Source: Octopus bimaculoides (Eukaryota). Taken from it: a stretch of 33,629 nucleotides of DNA. The notes below the pieces were generated by a model, which saw only the letters and a program-made list of their open reading frames with translations, did no database searches and was not told where the DNA came from. The stretch lies in assembly GCF_001194135.2 (NCBI RefSeq), contig NC_068995.1, positions 32,112,838 to 32,146,466 of the forward strand, written 5' to 3'. Position numbers and translations under genes: made by a program. Of this stretch, positions 12,093-23,770 are shown in pieces; the first letter of the stretch is position 1, and each line of letters opens with the position of its first letter.

Positions 12093-12379
12093 ACATACAT
12101 ACATACATACATACATACATACATACGTATATACATATATACATGCATATACGTCTGTGTATTCTCTCCGTACGTTCTCACTGTCCTCTCTCTCTTTCAC
12201 ACACTCTCTCTCTCCCTCTCTCTCATTTCCCCCTATCGTAACTCAAGATGATACATAAACTCTGGTGAGCTCTTAAGGACTGGCCTTTTACCTTCAGCTT
12301 CTTCACGTGAAATACGTTAGAAATAAAGTTCAACTTGGATAGGACGCAAGTATATCTCAGATAACATTTCTAGAAACCC

Positions 12380-12485
12380 TGTCCACCATTTCCGATTGCA
12401 GCGTAGGTGACAACTGAGGATGCTGCTATTAAATATACCCCACATACACAATTAAATAGATTTGAACCCACGACCGTCAAATTAC
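12380..12485 (-). mobile_element. Degraded tRNA-derived SINE fragment
   Basis: The minus strand has GGTCGTGGGTTCAAATC (B-box-like). The rest is not assignable. Confidence 0.35.
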
Positions 12486-12775
12486 TAGAGGCCCTGTTTC
12501 AGCTATGTTGTTGACATCTTGTGTGATTAACTTTTCTACTTACATAGACAACAACGAGGTTACCTCTGAATGGTCTAAGTGCTAAAACTAGCGGTTAAGT
12601 GTCCTCCAAAGCACAATCTGTTATTTAAACATGAACTTATTTAGCAATGTAATCTGAAGTACACTGGTTCCTTAAATTAAAGACTGGTTGGCTACGGCGT
12701 GAATGCTTTTGACTATGAATGTTTCTAAAACAAAGCCGACCTTGGGCTAAACATCGACAAAGGTATGTCTACACA

Positions 12776-12834
12776 GGATTTGAACCTACGACAGTTCAGA
12801 TGGTAGTCCAGTACTCTAACCACGCGGTCAATCC
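12776..12834 (-). mobile_element. tRNA-like SINE head
   Basis: The minus strand reads GGATTGACCGCGTGGTTAGAGTACTGGACTACCATCTGAACTGTCGTAGGTTCAAATCCT, with A- and B-box-like motifs but no complete cloverleaf. Confidence 0.5.
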
Positions 12835-12984
12835 GGTTCATTTCGATCTCTTTCTCGATTGGCTGGACGACAAATTTAACTAACCAATCGGCACCTTTCT
12901 TACTTCCTTGAATTGATTTTCATAAAAATCAATAAATATATAAAAATGATTTCATAAAAGTAAACAGAATACCTTGACAAAGAC

Positions 12985-13436
12985 ATACACACATACATAT
13001 ACAGACATATATTCACGCACACATTCATATACATACATACCTACACCCATTCACATATATTAATATATTCCTACACACATAAATACACGCTTATATTCAC
13101 ATACATATACACATTCGTATACACATGTATTCACACAAATAGTCACACGCACAAACCTATATACATATTCACACATAGACAGACACATACACAAGGACAT
13201 TCACAAACACATATAGAAATATATTCTAACACACACACACATACCTATACATACAGGTATTCATGCATACATGAACACATATATTCAAACACACACACAC
13301 ACACACACATATATACGTACACACGCATACGTTTCCCGTTCTCATTAATGTACAACATCTCATACACTTCCCCTCAAACACACTGCCACTCTTTTCTGTC
13401 TCTGTCTGTCTGTCTGTCTCTCTCTCTTTCTCACCC

Positions 13437-13493
<57 letters not shown>

Positions 13494-13900
13494 ACTCACC
13501 TCACAAACGAGAATCTTGAAATTGAATCTAAAAGCACAAGAACCAATAATATTTTCATCGACACTCACACACTCACACACACACACGCACGCACACACAC
13601 ACAAGCACACTCATACACACATGCACACAAGCATGCACACGCATATGCACACACATACACTCAGCGTGCACATATACACAAATATTTACAGACATAGATA
13701 TGCATACAAAAACAGTAAATTATACACACACACATACAAACATACACGTAACATACTGATGCGTTTATTAATGCACATACATACATGCATACAAAGACAC
13801 ATGCATATATGCTTGCATGCGCACATACGTACATAAATATACATGACATACATAGATGCACACACGAACATACATGCACGCCTGTATGCATATACTGCCA
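12985..13900. repeat. Long degenerate CA/TACA compound microsatellite containing a CT tract at 13395-13492
   Basis: Directly visible; explains the spurious H/T and CV/YV ORFs. Confidence 0.9.
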
Positions 13901-13934
13901 ACTAATTACATAAATATGGTACACCCCTTTAAAC

Positions 13935-14262
13935 CACACAACTACTACACTACCAAAACCATCACCACCACCACCACCATCACTATCTCCACCACCACCA
14001 CCACCACCACCATCACCACCATCACCACATCACACCTCCACTACAACACCACCATAGGCATAACCAATACCACCACCACCACAACAAGCTCAGCAGTATC
14101 ACCATCACACCACCACCACCACCACTAATACAACTACCATCTTCACCACCACACCCATCACTACTACTGGCACTACAACCACCACTACCACCACTACCAA
14201 CACTACCACTACCACCACAACTACCACTACCACAACCACCACCACAACCACCGCCATCACCA
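13935..14262. repeat. Degenerate (ACC/ACT/ATC)n trinucleotide tract
   Basis: Directly visible; explains the poly-Thr/His ORF. Confidence 0.9.
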
Positions 14263-14420
14263 ATTACAATGTGTAAAAGTTACTGAGTCAACTGTTTTCG
14301 AAGCGTTTTGCTGGCTTTCGTTTTTTCAGTGGACAAATCGTGTGTGTGTGTGTGTATGAGTGTATGTATGTGCAGTGCATGAATGTGTGAGTGCGTGTGT
14401 GAGAGAGAGAGAGAGAGAGA

Positions 14421-14487
<67 letters not shown>

Positions 14488-15121
14488 NNNNNNNNNNNNN
14501 NNNNNNNNNNNNNNNNNNNNNNNNNNNNNNNNNNNNNNNNNNNNNNNNNNNNNNNNNNNNNNNNNNNNNNNNNNNNNNNNNNNNNNNNNNNNNNNNNNNN
14601 NNNNNNNNNNNNNNNNNNNNNNNNNNNNNNNNNNNNNNNNNNNNNNNNNNNNNNNNNNNNNNNNNNNNNNNNNNNNNNNNNNNNNNNNNNNNNNNNNNNN
14701 NNNNNNNNNNNNNNNNNNNNNNNNNNNNNNNNNNNNNNNNNNNNNNNNNNNNNNNNNNNNNNNNNNNNNNNNNNNNNNNNNNNNNNNNNNNNNNNNNNNN
14801 NNNNNNNNNNNNNNNNNNNNNNNNNNNNNNNNNNNNNNNNNNNNNNNNNNNNNNNNNNNNNNNNNNNNNNNNNNNNNNNNNNNNNNNNNNNNNNNNNNNN
14901 NNNNNNNNNNNNNNNNNNNNNNNNNNNNNNNNNNNNNNNNNNNNNNNNNNNNNNNNNNNNNNNNNNNNNNNNNNNNNNNNNNNNNNNNNNNNNNNNNNNN
15001 NNNNNNNNNNNNNNNNNNNNNNNNNNNNNNNNNNNNNNNNNNNNNNNNNNNNNNNNNNNNNNNNNNNNNNNNNNNNNNNNNNNNNNNNNNNNNNNNNNNN
15101 NNNNNNNNNNNNNNNNNNNNN

Positions 15122-15830
15122 CTCACACTACATCGCTCTCTTTCAGATACTCTCTTCTTCTCTGTCTGTCTCTCTCTCTCTCTCTCTCACAAATTCCCCC
15201 TCCCTCTCTCCTGCCCTCCCTCTATCACCTTAATGTCTTAATTTCTTTGTTTATTTCTACTTCTCCCCCCGACTATCTTTGCCTCGCTTTCTTTATCTCT
15301 CTATTTCTCCCCTTTGTCTTTTTCTTTGTCACTTTCTACCTTTCTCCCTCTCTCTCTCTCTCTACTCCCTCTCTCTTTCTTAATTTCTTTATCTTTATCT
15401 TTCTCTCTATCTCTTTCATCGCTCTCTAAATTTTATTTTTCTCCCTTTATTTCCATCCTCTCTCTCCTTCTCACTCCTCCTTTGTATCATTGTCTCTTTC
15501 TCCCTCTCTCTCCCAATCTCTATCTCCTCCACTCTCCCCTCAAATCTCTCTATCTCTCTCTCTCTCTCTCTTCATCTCCCTTTCACTCTCTCTCTCCCTC
15601 CCTCTCTCTCTTGCCTCTTTGTATTCCCCCACCCCCTAATCACCCTGGAATACATTTCTGTATTTAAATATTTACCACCACAAGTCATCAATAAACATTA
15701 ACAAACATAAATCACTTCATTCCATCAGCATCTTCCACCTCACCCCCACCATCCCCCTCCATCATTTCACCATCCCCCCCACCTCTCCCCTTCTCACCTC
15801 ACCATCCCTTTCGCCTTATAATCCTTCCTC
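15122..15830. repeat. CT-rich low-complexity polypyrimidine tract
   Basis: Directly visible. Confidence 0.9.
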
Positions 15831-15855
15831 ACCGTTCCCTTCCTTCATCATTTTC

Positions 15856-16281
15856 TTGATCCTAGCAGCCAACCAAGGTGAGTCGGAGATTGTCATCTTC
15901 TTGAACGAAGAATACGAATTCTTCAGAGTCGAGAAAGAGATGAAGCCATATGGTGAAAGTGGCGAAGGTGGTGGCGGCGGCGGCTGCGGCGGCGGTGTTG
16001 GTGGTGGTGGGGTGTTATCCGAGGTCAAGAGAGAGAAGTTTTCTCGGCGGTCAAGCAACGATAAACAACCTCAGCAGATCGATAAGTTTCCACCGGTGAG
16101 CCGTTCCAGTGGACAGAGTCCGCTGCCAGATGTGAGGGTCACAATAATGTCAGTGTTGAGGACGATTCATGTCCTGCCTGCAAAAAATCGTGTAGTTACC
16201 TGCTCACCCACTCATTATTATAATGATCGCACAACTCCCTTGATTCAATCTCTGATCTGCTGCGTCTGGGGTACCGCTTGA
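15856..16281 (+). CDS. Candidate host coding exon of unknown product (Gly-rich); strand and boundaries uncertain
   Basis: Stop-free 141-codon frame in non-repetitive sequence, directly after a long pyrimidine tract with TAG/CAG acceptors at 15863-15868. ILAANQGESEIVIFL loosely resembles an ankyrin helix pair. No ATG start and no recognisable family. Confidence 0.3.
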   Translation: MILAANQGESEIVIFLNEEYEFFRVEKEMKPYGESGEGGGGGGCGGGVGGGGVLSEVKREKFSRRSSNDKQPQQIDKFPPVSRSSGQSPLPDVRVTIMSVLRTIHVLPAKNRVVTCSPTHYYNDRTTPLIQSLICCVWGTA

Positions 16282-16546
16282 GAAGAACCGGTTTGTCATC
16301 CAACAGTGACAAGGGCTCGTTGGAGTGGAAGGGATGCTGTCGTGAGGTTGAGGGGTGGCATGTGTTAGATTTGTTTGATCCTCATATGTGACCATTTCAA
16401 CAGATTCAGCTTTAAGAACCAGATCATCGGTAGAATACTAACGGTCAGCAAATCTTCAGATTTCTTTGTTGTTGTCTGCAGATCTGGAGAAATATAGTGA
16501 AGTTGTCAACCCCAAATAATAATAACTTAAATCGAAATCACACACT

Positions 16547-16722
16547 TTATCTTTTACCCTTGACTTGTTTCAGTCATTGGACTGTGGTCATGCTGGAGCA
16601 CCGCCCTGAAAGGTTTAGTCAAATAGATCGACCCAGTACTTACGTTTTTTGTTGAACCGCTAGTTACGGTGACGTAAACCAGCCAACACCGGTTGTCAAG
16701 CTGTGGTGAACTAACACAAATA
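16547..16722 (-). mobile_element. SINE family A, 3' half
   Basis: CTTGTTTCAGTCATTGGACTGTGGTCATGCTGGAGCACC is the reverse complement of the family A tail. Confidence 0.85.
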
Positions 16723-16730
16723 CACACACG

Positions 16731-16791
<61 letters not shown>

Positions 16792-16792
16792 C

Positions 16793-18251
16793 ATTTATGT
16801 ATAGGAAAAGAAAATGGAAAAATTGACTGATAGACGTTAATTTACTAACACAACTCCAATTTCTTATAACATCAATTTCTTATAACCTACATTTGTTTGC
16901 ATGTTCAATTACTTTCAAATGACAAATAAACAATTAAATTATATATGCATTTTGAATATAGCTAATTGAATATTTCATCAGGGTTAGAAACCGACAAAAA
17001 AAGGAATCACATCTCAATGGATTGAGTGATCATTGGTTGACTCAGTATTAAATTCAGATATGTGCGCGTGCGCATGTTAATGTTTTTTTTAAAAGAAAAA
17101 TGTTACCTGGGTATATGCAATTTTGTTTTATTACTATTTTTATTTTTGTTGTATTTATGTGCGTGTACGTGTCAATATATTTGAAAAACAAAGGAATCGC
17201 TAGATTGTATCCGGTAGATTGTAACCGTTAGATTGTAATCTTTGTGTCATTGAGTTTTTCAAATTTTAACTTCTAAACGCAGACTTCTTAACAGTAAAAG
17301 GGTGTGTGGATTATCCTGTGTGCACGCCTCCAAATGTGTGTTTAAAAATTACAGCTAAAAATAATAAAGTGACTAAAATTATAAATTGATTATCTAATAG
17401 ATATAAGTAGGTATTCTATTATAAAAAATAATAATTATATTAAAATAAAAATTAATATTAAAGTGAAATATAATAAATATTTATTGGTTAATAGATATAA
17501 TTTTGCAAAGATTAATGTATTTCTCTTAAAAAAACTAAAAAATACATTGTACATAAATTTTGAAGACGTAGAATGCAGCTTCCGTATCATAATAAGCAGA
17601 TTGAATTCGTCACGGTCACGTGGTAGATGATAAACAAAAACTATGATTAACAGTATAAATTATATTAATTAAAAAGTAGTGATCTGTCGTTAAAACTAGA
17701 AATAATGACCAAATGACTTTGAAAATAATTCATAGGTAATTAAAAATCTATATTGGCTTTTCATATTCTCGCAAGTAATAACGATAATATAAGAATGAAT
17801 AGTTTTACTTACCATTAACTTTATCAAAAGTATTGTTTATACAATCTAATGGTTCCTTTGTTTTTCAAATATATATTCAAGCGCACACGAATACAATAAC
17901 AATTAAAATAATAGTTAAACAAAATTGCATATACCCAAGTAACGTTTTACTTTTAAAAAAAAATTAACATGCGTACGCGCACATATCTGAATTTAATACT
18001 GAGTCAACCAATGATCACTCAATCCATTGACATGTGATTCTTTTTCATGTCGGTTTCTAACCCTGATGAAATATTCAATTAACTATATTCAAAATGCATA
18101 TTCAATTTGATTATTTATTTGTAATTTAACATTAATTGAACATAGAAACCATTGTAGGTTATAAGAAATTGATTTTATAAGAAATTGGAGTTGTGCTAAT
18201 AAATTGATGTCTATCTGTCAATTCCTCCATTTTCTTTTCTTATGCATAAAT
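16793..18251. mobile_element. Non-autonomous foldback-type DNA element: about 415-bp terminal inverted repeats around a 630-bp AT-rich spacer
   Basis: The left arm (16793-17209) and right arm (17840-18251) are reverse complements, e.g. CTCAATGGATTGAGTGATCATTGGTTGACTCAGTATTAAATTCAGATATGTGCGCG versus CGCGCACATATCTGAATTTAATACTGAGTCAACCAATGATCACTCAATCCATTGA. No ORF and no clear TSD. Confidence 0.8.
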
Positions 18252-18400
18252 TACAATATACTCATTTGCATCGATGAGAAGCTAACACCTTTTTAGTACT
18301 TCACCCGATACACTGGATAAAACCGGGGGACTTGGATGCTAATATGCTTTTAAGAGGTATATATACTTGCAATAATATATATATATATACACACATATAT

Positions 18401-18570
18401 ATACAACACGCTCCTTTCAGCTCAGTTCCCGTCTACAAGACCAACGCACAAGGCTTTGTTTGGTCCAGAGCTATACAAGAAGACACTTGTCTAAGATACC
18501 ACGCAACGCGACTGAACCCAAAATCACATGGATGATCAAGCTGCGTAACCATGCAGCCACGCATGCGCCT
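18401..18570 (-). mobile_element. SINE family A, 5' half (diverged)
   Basis: CTATACAAGAAGACACTTGTCTAAGATACCACGCAACGCGACTGAACCC is the reverse complement of the family A head and core. Confidence 0.75.
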
Positions 18571-18574
18571 GTAT

Positions 18575-19170
18575 CTCCCTTCAGAGACCTCTTGTATGCT
18601 GGTAAGTGTGACATAGTTGCACACATTGAAACAGATCTTCAAAATTTCATAAATAACATTTCCTTTACATATAACATGGTAATCCTCATAATAAACTTGG
18701 ATAAAACACTTGTTCTTCATCAACTCTGTCCTGGATCCTAAAATAACGGTAGATCTTAAGACTGAAAATCGTATCTTGCTTCAAATATGTTGGCAGAATG
18801 TTAAACAGGGACGCAAATCTCGATGAAGAAACTACAAGCAGAATTCAGATATCACGGACATCTTTTAGAAGATTACAATCTTTAGTATGAGTTCAGTAAT
18901 ATCTATATAGGTTCATACTAAAATATCTGTTTTCAAACATGTATTTTGTACGTTTTCTTGCATGCCTATGAAACGAAGACGTTATATTCAGACATACTAG
19001 TAGATCATTTTTGACAGTGTCTTTGACAAATTTTTACGTATATTTTGAAAAGACAATGTGAGCGATATTGAACTAGAAAACACTGTAGGAGTTGTACAGA
19101 CATATCATAGGTACATGCATGGCTATATGATTAAGAATTGCCCCATTGCGCGGCATATTATTCAACAGAC
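18575..19170 (+). mobile_element. RTE-BovB-type LINE RT/thumb remnant
   Basis: RDLLYAGKCDIVAHIETDLQNFIN (LLYADD region), INLDKT, FKYVGRMLNRDANLDEETTSRI and HTKISVFK. Frameshifted. Confidence 0.82.
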
Positions 19171-19250
19171 ACATATGTGTGTCTGTGTGTATCCTCCATT
19201 CTTACCCATGACAATGGGGGTGGAGGCACGGTTTGTTTAACCTTCAAGTT

Positions 19251-19303
19251 GGTGCCCAGCATAGCTGTAGTCCAATGACTGAAACAAGCAAAAGATAAAA
19301 GAT
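19251..19303 (+). mobile_element. SINE/LINE 3' tail fragment (family A tail)
   Basis: GGTGCCCAGCATAGCTGTAGTCCAATGACTGAAACAAGCAAAAGATAAAAGATA. Confidence 0.65.
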
Positions 19304-19699
19304 AGGAAGCGTCCTCGTGACGTAACTTCTAGGGGCGACCAGGTAACGTAGTTCGTATATATATATATATATATATATATTGGAAGGTTTGGAGGTGATG
19401 TACAGGAATTATATTATAGAAAAAAATTAAGGTGCTCAGAAATCTGGATGGTGGTACATGTCGTTCACTCACCCTTTTTCTGTTTCCTCCTTTTCATTCC
19501 CACTTTCTCCCATTCAATGGTCATATGATTCCATATGACCCCTTCATATTTTCTTCCTTATTTTCTTGAATTTTAATGAGTTATAAACGAAACTGGCATA
19601 AGGGCTGACAACAACGAAAACTTCCAGTCACATTCACCTTCAAAGCTTCTATCTTTCTATTTCTCTCACATACCTTTTCTCTGTTTTCTTTCCTTATCT

Positions 19700-20045
<346 letters not shown>

Positions 20046-20221
20046 GTATGTGTGTACATGCCCAGCAGGCCTCTGCTTAAATTTGAATCCAAGACATTAT
20101 TTCCAATCAGGACATTTTCGATAAACAACTGCACTCTCTCACACACTCACATTCTTTCACTCACTCTCTGATTCACTCACTCATTCACTCACAACACTCT
20201 CCCACCATCTGACTTTCTCTC

Positions 20222-20335
<114 letters not shown>

Positions 20336-20510
20336 CTCCCCCATTTTCACACACTTTCAAACACTGCACCTCATTTAAACACTTGTACTAAGTTTAAATG
20401 AAGACTTCTCAATAGCGAACATTTTATTGTCCCTCGAAGGCTTTGAACCTGGTACAATATCATCCGGATGCCTATAAATCAAATAGTCAATGCTATTAGC
20501 ATATCGCGCG

Positions 20511-21319
20511 TGAGAGCTGAGAATATTCTGTACAATGAATTTGACATGACGAAGGTGGGTGCCATGTCTTCTGACACACGATCAAAAATGCACCAGGCTG
20601 ATCATATCACGGGAAAAATCTGACATTGTTTGAGGCAGATCCAGCTGGTTTCCTTGAACGATTCCTAAACCAGGATGAGTGTTGGCTTCGTCACTTTGAG
20701 CCAGAGACAAAGAGACAATCCATGTAATGGAAACACCCCCTTCTCGCCTGCTCCAATGAAGGCCAGGGTCGTTTCATCTGCCGCCGGGAAGGAGACAGCC
20801 TCAGTCTTTTGGGATGCAAAAAGGCATTGTGCTTATTGACTATATTCAAAAGGGCCACACCATCAAGGGAGAGTACTACGCCGATTTGCTGCGCAGTTAG
20901 GAAAGGCCATCGGGTTCAAACGCCTTGGAAAATTAGCGAAAGAGTTCATGTCTCATCAAGTTAATGATTCAGCACACAAGTCCTTCGTTTCAATGGCTGC
21001 TGTGCGTGATTGTGTCTTTGGATTAGTTGATCCCCATCACTATTCTCCTGATTTGACTCTATCTGACTATTATCTGTTCCCCAACATGGAAAACACTTGG
21101 CTGGGAACCAGTATCGCAGTGATGATGACGTCATATCTGCTGTTGAGGACTTTTTGACCAACAGGATAAAAGCTTCGTAACCAATGGGAACGAAGCACTG
21201 TAACACCGATGGAAGAAGTGTGTGGGTCTCAAGGGAGACTATGTTGAATAATAACCTTCGTTCGGTCACATTACCTTTGAGTGTCTTGGGCAGCCTATGA
21301 ACTTTTCAGCCGAATCTCG
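20511..21319 (+). mobile_element. mariner-family (DD34D) transposon remnant, 5'-truncated, with 3' TIR
   Basis: FLNQDECWLRHFEPETKRQS, VFWDA, TIKGEYYADLL, YSPDLTLSDYYLFPNM and HRWKKCVGLKGDYVE match mariner motifs. The end GCCTATGAACTTTTCAGCCGAATCTCG is followed by TA (21320-21321). Confidence 0.93.
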
Positions 21320-21370
21320 TATTATCGTTGCACACGACGTTGCTGCATATCTATGATTATATGAATATAT

Positions 21371-21640
21371 CGAGGGTGCATAGCCTGGTGGTTAGAGTGT
21401 TTCATTCATAATCGTGAGATCGTGGTGGTGTATTGTGTTCTTGTGCACTTCATCTCACGTTACTCTGCAATCACTTCGACACCTGACGTGCGGTATTCAG
21501 GTATCGTCAATTTGATGGAGGGAGTGAACGAATGAATAGTACATACATTTGATCACTATGAACAACTCATTGGTGGAGGTTGGTTATGCAGCAAGAATTT
21601 GCTGAACCGTTTTTCTCGTCGGACGAGAGAGACTACCATC
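21371..21640 (+). mobile_element. tRNA-derived SINE (family C)
   Basis: Head GCATAGCCTGGTGGTTAGAGTG; core shared with 785-1075. Confidence 0.7.
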
Positions 21641-21996
21641 ATGTGTGTGTGTGCGTGTGTGTGTGTGCGTGTGTGTGCGTGTGTGTGCGTGTGTGTGCGT
21701 GTAATAATAAGATAAATAATGTCATAAATGTTTGATAGCTACGAGTGTAGAGGTCATTTAACATAAATATGCAGCAGTTTTTAAGTTCTACTGAGTTATT
21801 TCCCCTTATGCCAATCTTTATTCAACAATCAATAATCAATAACATAAATACGACACAAACCAAAGGGACTAATATAATTTACTAAGAAACCCTCGAAGGT
21901 GATGTCCCAGCAGATGTCTGGTGTTATAGGAACTAGTGAAAGAAGAACCTGTCTTGCTTATAGCCACACCAGATTCCACTTATATACATCCAGAAA

Positions 21997-22198
21997 GTGG
22001 CGAGCTGGCAGAATCGTTAGCAAGCCGGACGGAATACTTAGCAGCATTTCGCCCGTCTGAGTTCAAATTCCGCCGAGGTCGACTTTGTCTTTCATCCTTT
22101 CCGAGTCGGTAAAATAAGTACTAGCTGCGTACTGGGGCTGACGTAATCGATTTATCCCACCCTAAAATTGCTGCCTTGTGCCAAAATTTGGAATCAAT
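21997..22198 (+). mobile_element. tRNA-derived SINE (family B)
   Basis: GGCGAGCTGGCAGAATCGTTAG (A box) ... GAGTTCAAATTCC (B box) ... GTCGACTTTGTCTTTCATCCTTT. Confidence 0.8.
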
Positions 22199-22200
22199 AT

Positions 22201-22730
22201 ACACACCCAGTTTCCACCCAGCTTCCATCCTTCCAAACAGAAGCCACCCCAGTTTCCATCCTTCACAATACACCCCTCTCCACACCAGTTTATACACATT
22301 ACAATAAAAACTACCCAGTTTCCACCCTTCAAAAATACAAGTCACGTTAGATTATCCATTTTATAATACAATCCACCCCAGTTTCTTCACTTCCCAATCC
22401 AAACCTCCCCTATTTTCTATCTTTCACACTACAAACCACCCCAATTTTCCCCACCCCGTTTTCTACTTTTCACAATACAAGACCCCATCTCACTTTCCAC
22501 ATATTACTATACACTCCACCCCAACCTTCCATATTACTCACTACAAACCACCCCACTTTCCTTTCTTTACAAGTCAAATCACTCCACCTTCTACTATTCC
22601 ACTCTACCCTTCACAACACAAACCACCCTTATCTTCCACATTTTACTGTACAAGCTACCCTAACTTCCTCATTTTATAGTGCAAGCCACCCCAGATTTCT
22701 TACGTTATAGTACAAGCCACCCCAATCACA
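22201..22730. repeat. Degenerate minisatellite of about 30 bp (approximately TACAAGCCACCCCAGTTTCCACCCTTCACAA)
   Basis: Recurring (T)ACAA(G/A)CCACCCC...TTTCC blocks at roughly 30-bp spacing; strongly C-rich plus strand. Confidence 0.75.
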
Positions 22731-23465
22731 TTTCAGCTATTTCTCGTGCAAGGTGCAACTGTTAGTCGTAACACCTGTCTTTTTCTCTAACCATTTTCTT
22801 TTTCTCTCTTTCTCTGTTTTTCTCTCTTCTTCTTTTTCTTTCTCTCCCTCATTTTCCAGCCGCTGTTTCACTCTTTCTCTTTCATAGACATACACACACA
22901 CATACGGCTTCATACACGCACAAACAGTTCTTCACAAACACAAACACTCTTAGATGTACACGTGTACATACATATATACATACATATACAATGATACACG
23001 ATGCTGGATTCCAGGTGAAATGCAGCGACAATACAGCTTGCAATCCCACCCACCTTTCATGCAAATATCGAAGTGCCTGAACAGCATTTATTAACATAGC
23101 ATTTGTTATTGGATATCACATACGCGCACACACATACGCTGTGTACGTGTACGTGAGAACAGCCAAACCAATGAAAATAACTACAACTGTATCAATTTAT
23201 GCAATTCTCTCACTCCCTTACTTTCACACACACGCACACGCACACACTCTCTCTTTCTCTCTCTCTCTCTCTCTTTATATGTGTGTGTGCGTGTGTATGT
23301 GTGAGTGCGTACATGTGCATATGTAGTCATACATTCATAAACACAAAAAAACACATACATACATAAGCACATAAACGCGCGCACACACACACATATAAAT
23401 ATAGATATGCATATTTATTTATATATATGCATATGCATATATACGTGTGTATATGCATGTATGCA

Positions 23466-23514
<49 letters not shown>

Positions 23515-23611
23515 GCATATGTGTATATCTATCTATGTGTCTATTTATTAATTTGTATAGATGTACACACACACACATACACACACATACACACATACAC
23601 ACATATAGATA

Positions 23612-23770
23612 TATGGTCGTGTGGTTGAAAAGCTCGCCTCCAAACCCTAGTATCCTGGTTTCGATCACAAACGTGACGCAATGGTTAAGTAGCCTCCTAT
23701 CCAGCTAAGAGTAAAATTGGGTGGCGAGGAAATTGTACAGAAGAATGCTGGGTGGACCGTAGCATGAACT
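23612..23770 (+). mobile_element. Degraded tRNA-derived SINE 5' part
   Basis: TGGTCGTGTGGTTGAAAAGCTCGCC...CCTGGTTTCGATC (A/B-box-like). Confidence 0.5.

Noticed and set aside
13856-14128. Thr/His-rich, mucin-like ORF
   Set aside because: It is fully explained by the (ACC/ACT)n tract and bounded by microsatellites.
18060-18100. CTGATGA followed by a weak AATAT/ATATT stem in the foldback arm
   Set aside because: It is followed by CAAAA rather than GAAA and has no helix III or UH site, so it is not a hammerhead.
19306-19640. Unassigned, possibly repetitive sequence between microsatellites
   Set aside because: No motif, TIR, TSD or second copy in the window supports a call.
22121-22366. Repetitive GWKLG peptide ORFs
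   Set aside because: They are translations of the degenerate minisatellite; the unit length is irregular and frames are not maintained.
23054-23076. Minus-strand CAG|GCACTTCGATATTTGCATGAAAG|GTGGGT giving ALRYLHE, kinase-like
   Set aside because: Only 7 residues, a poor pyrimidine tract, and no other kinase exons in the window; compatible with chance.
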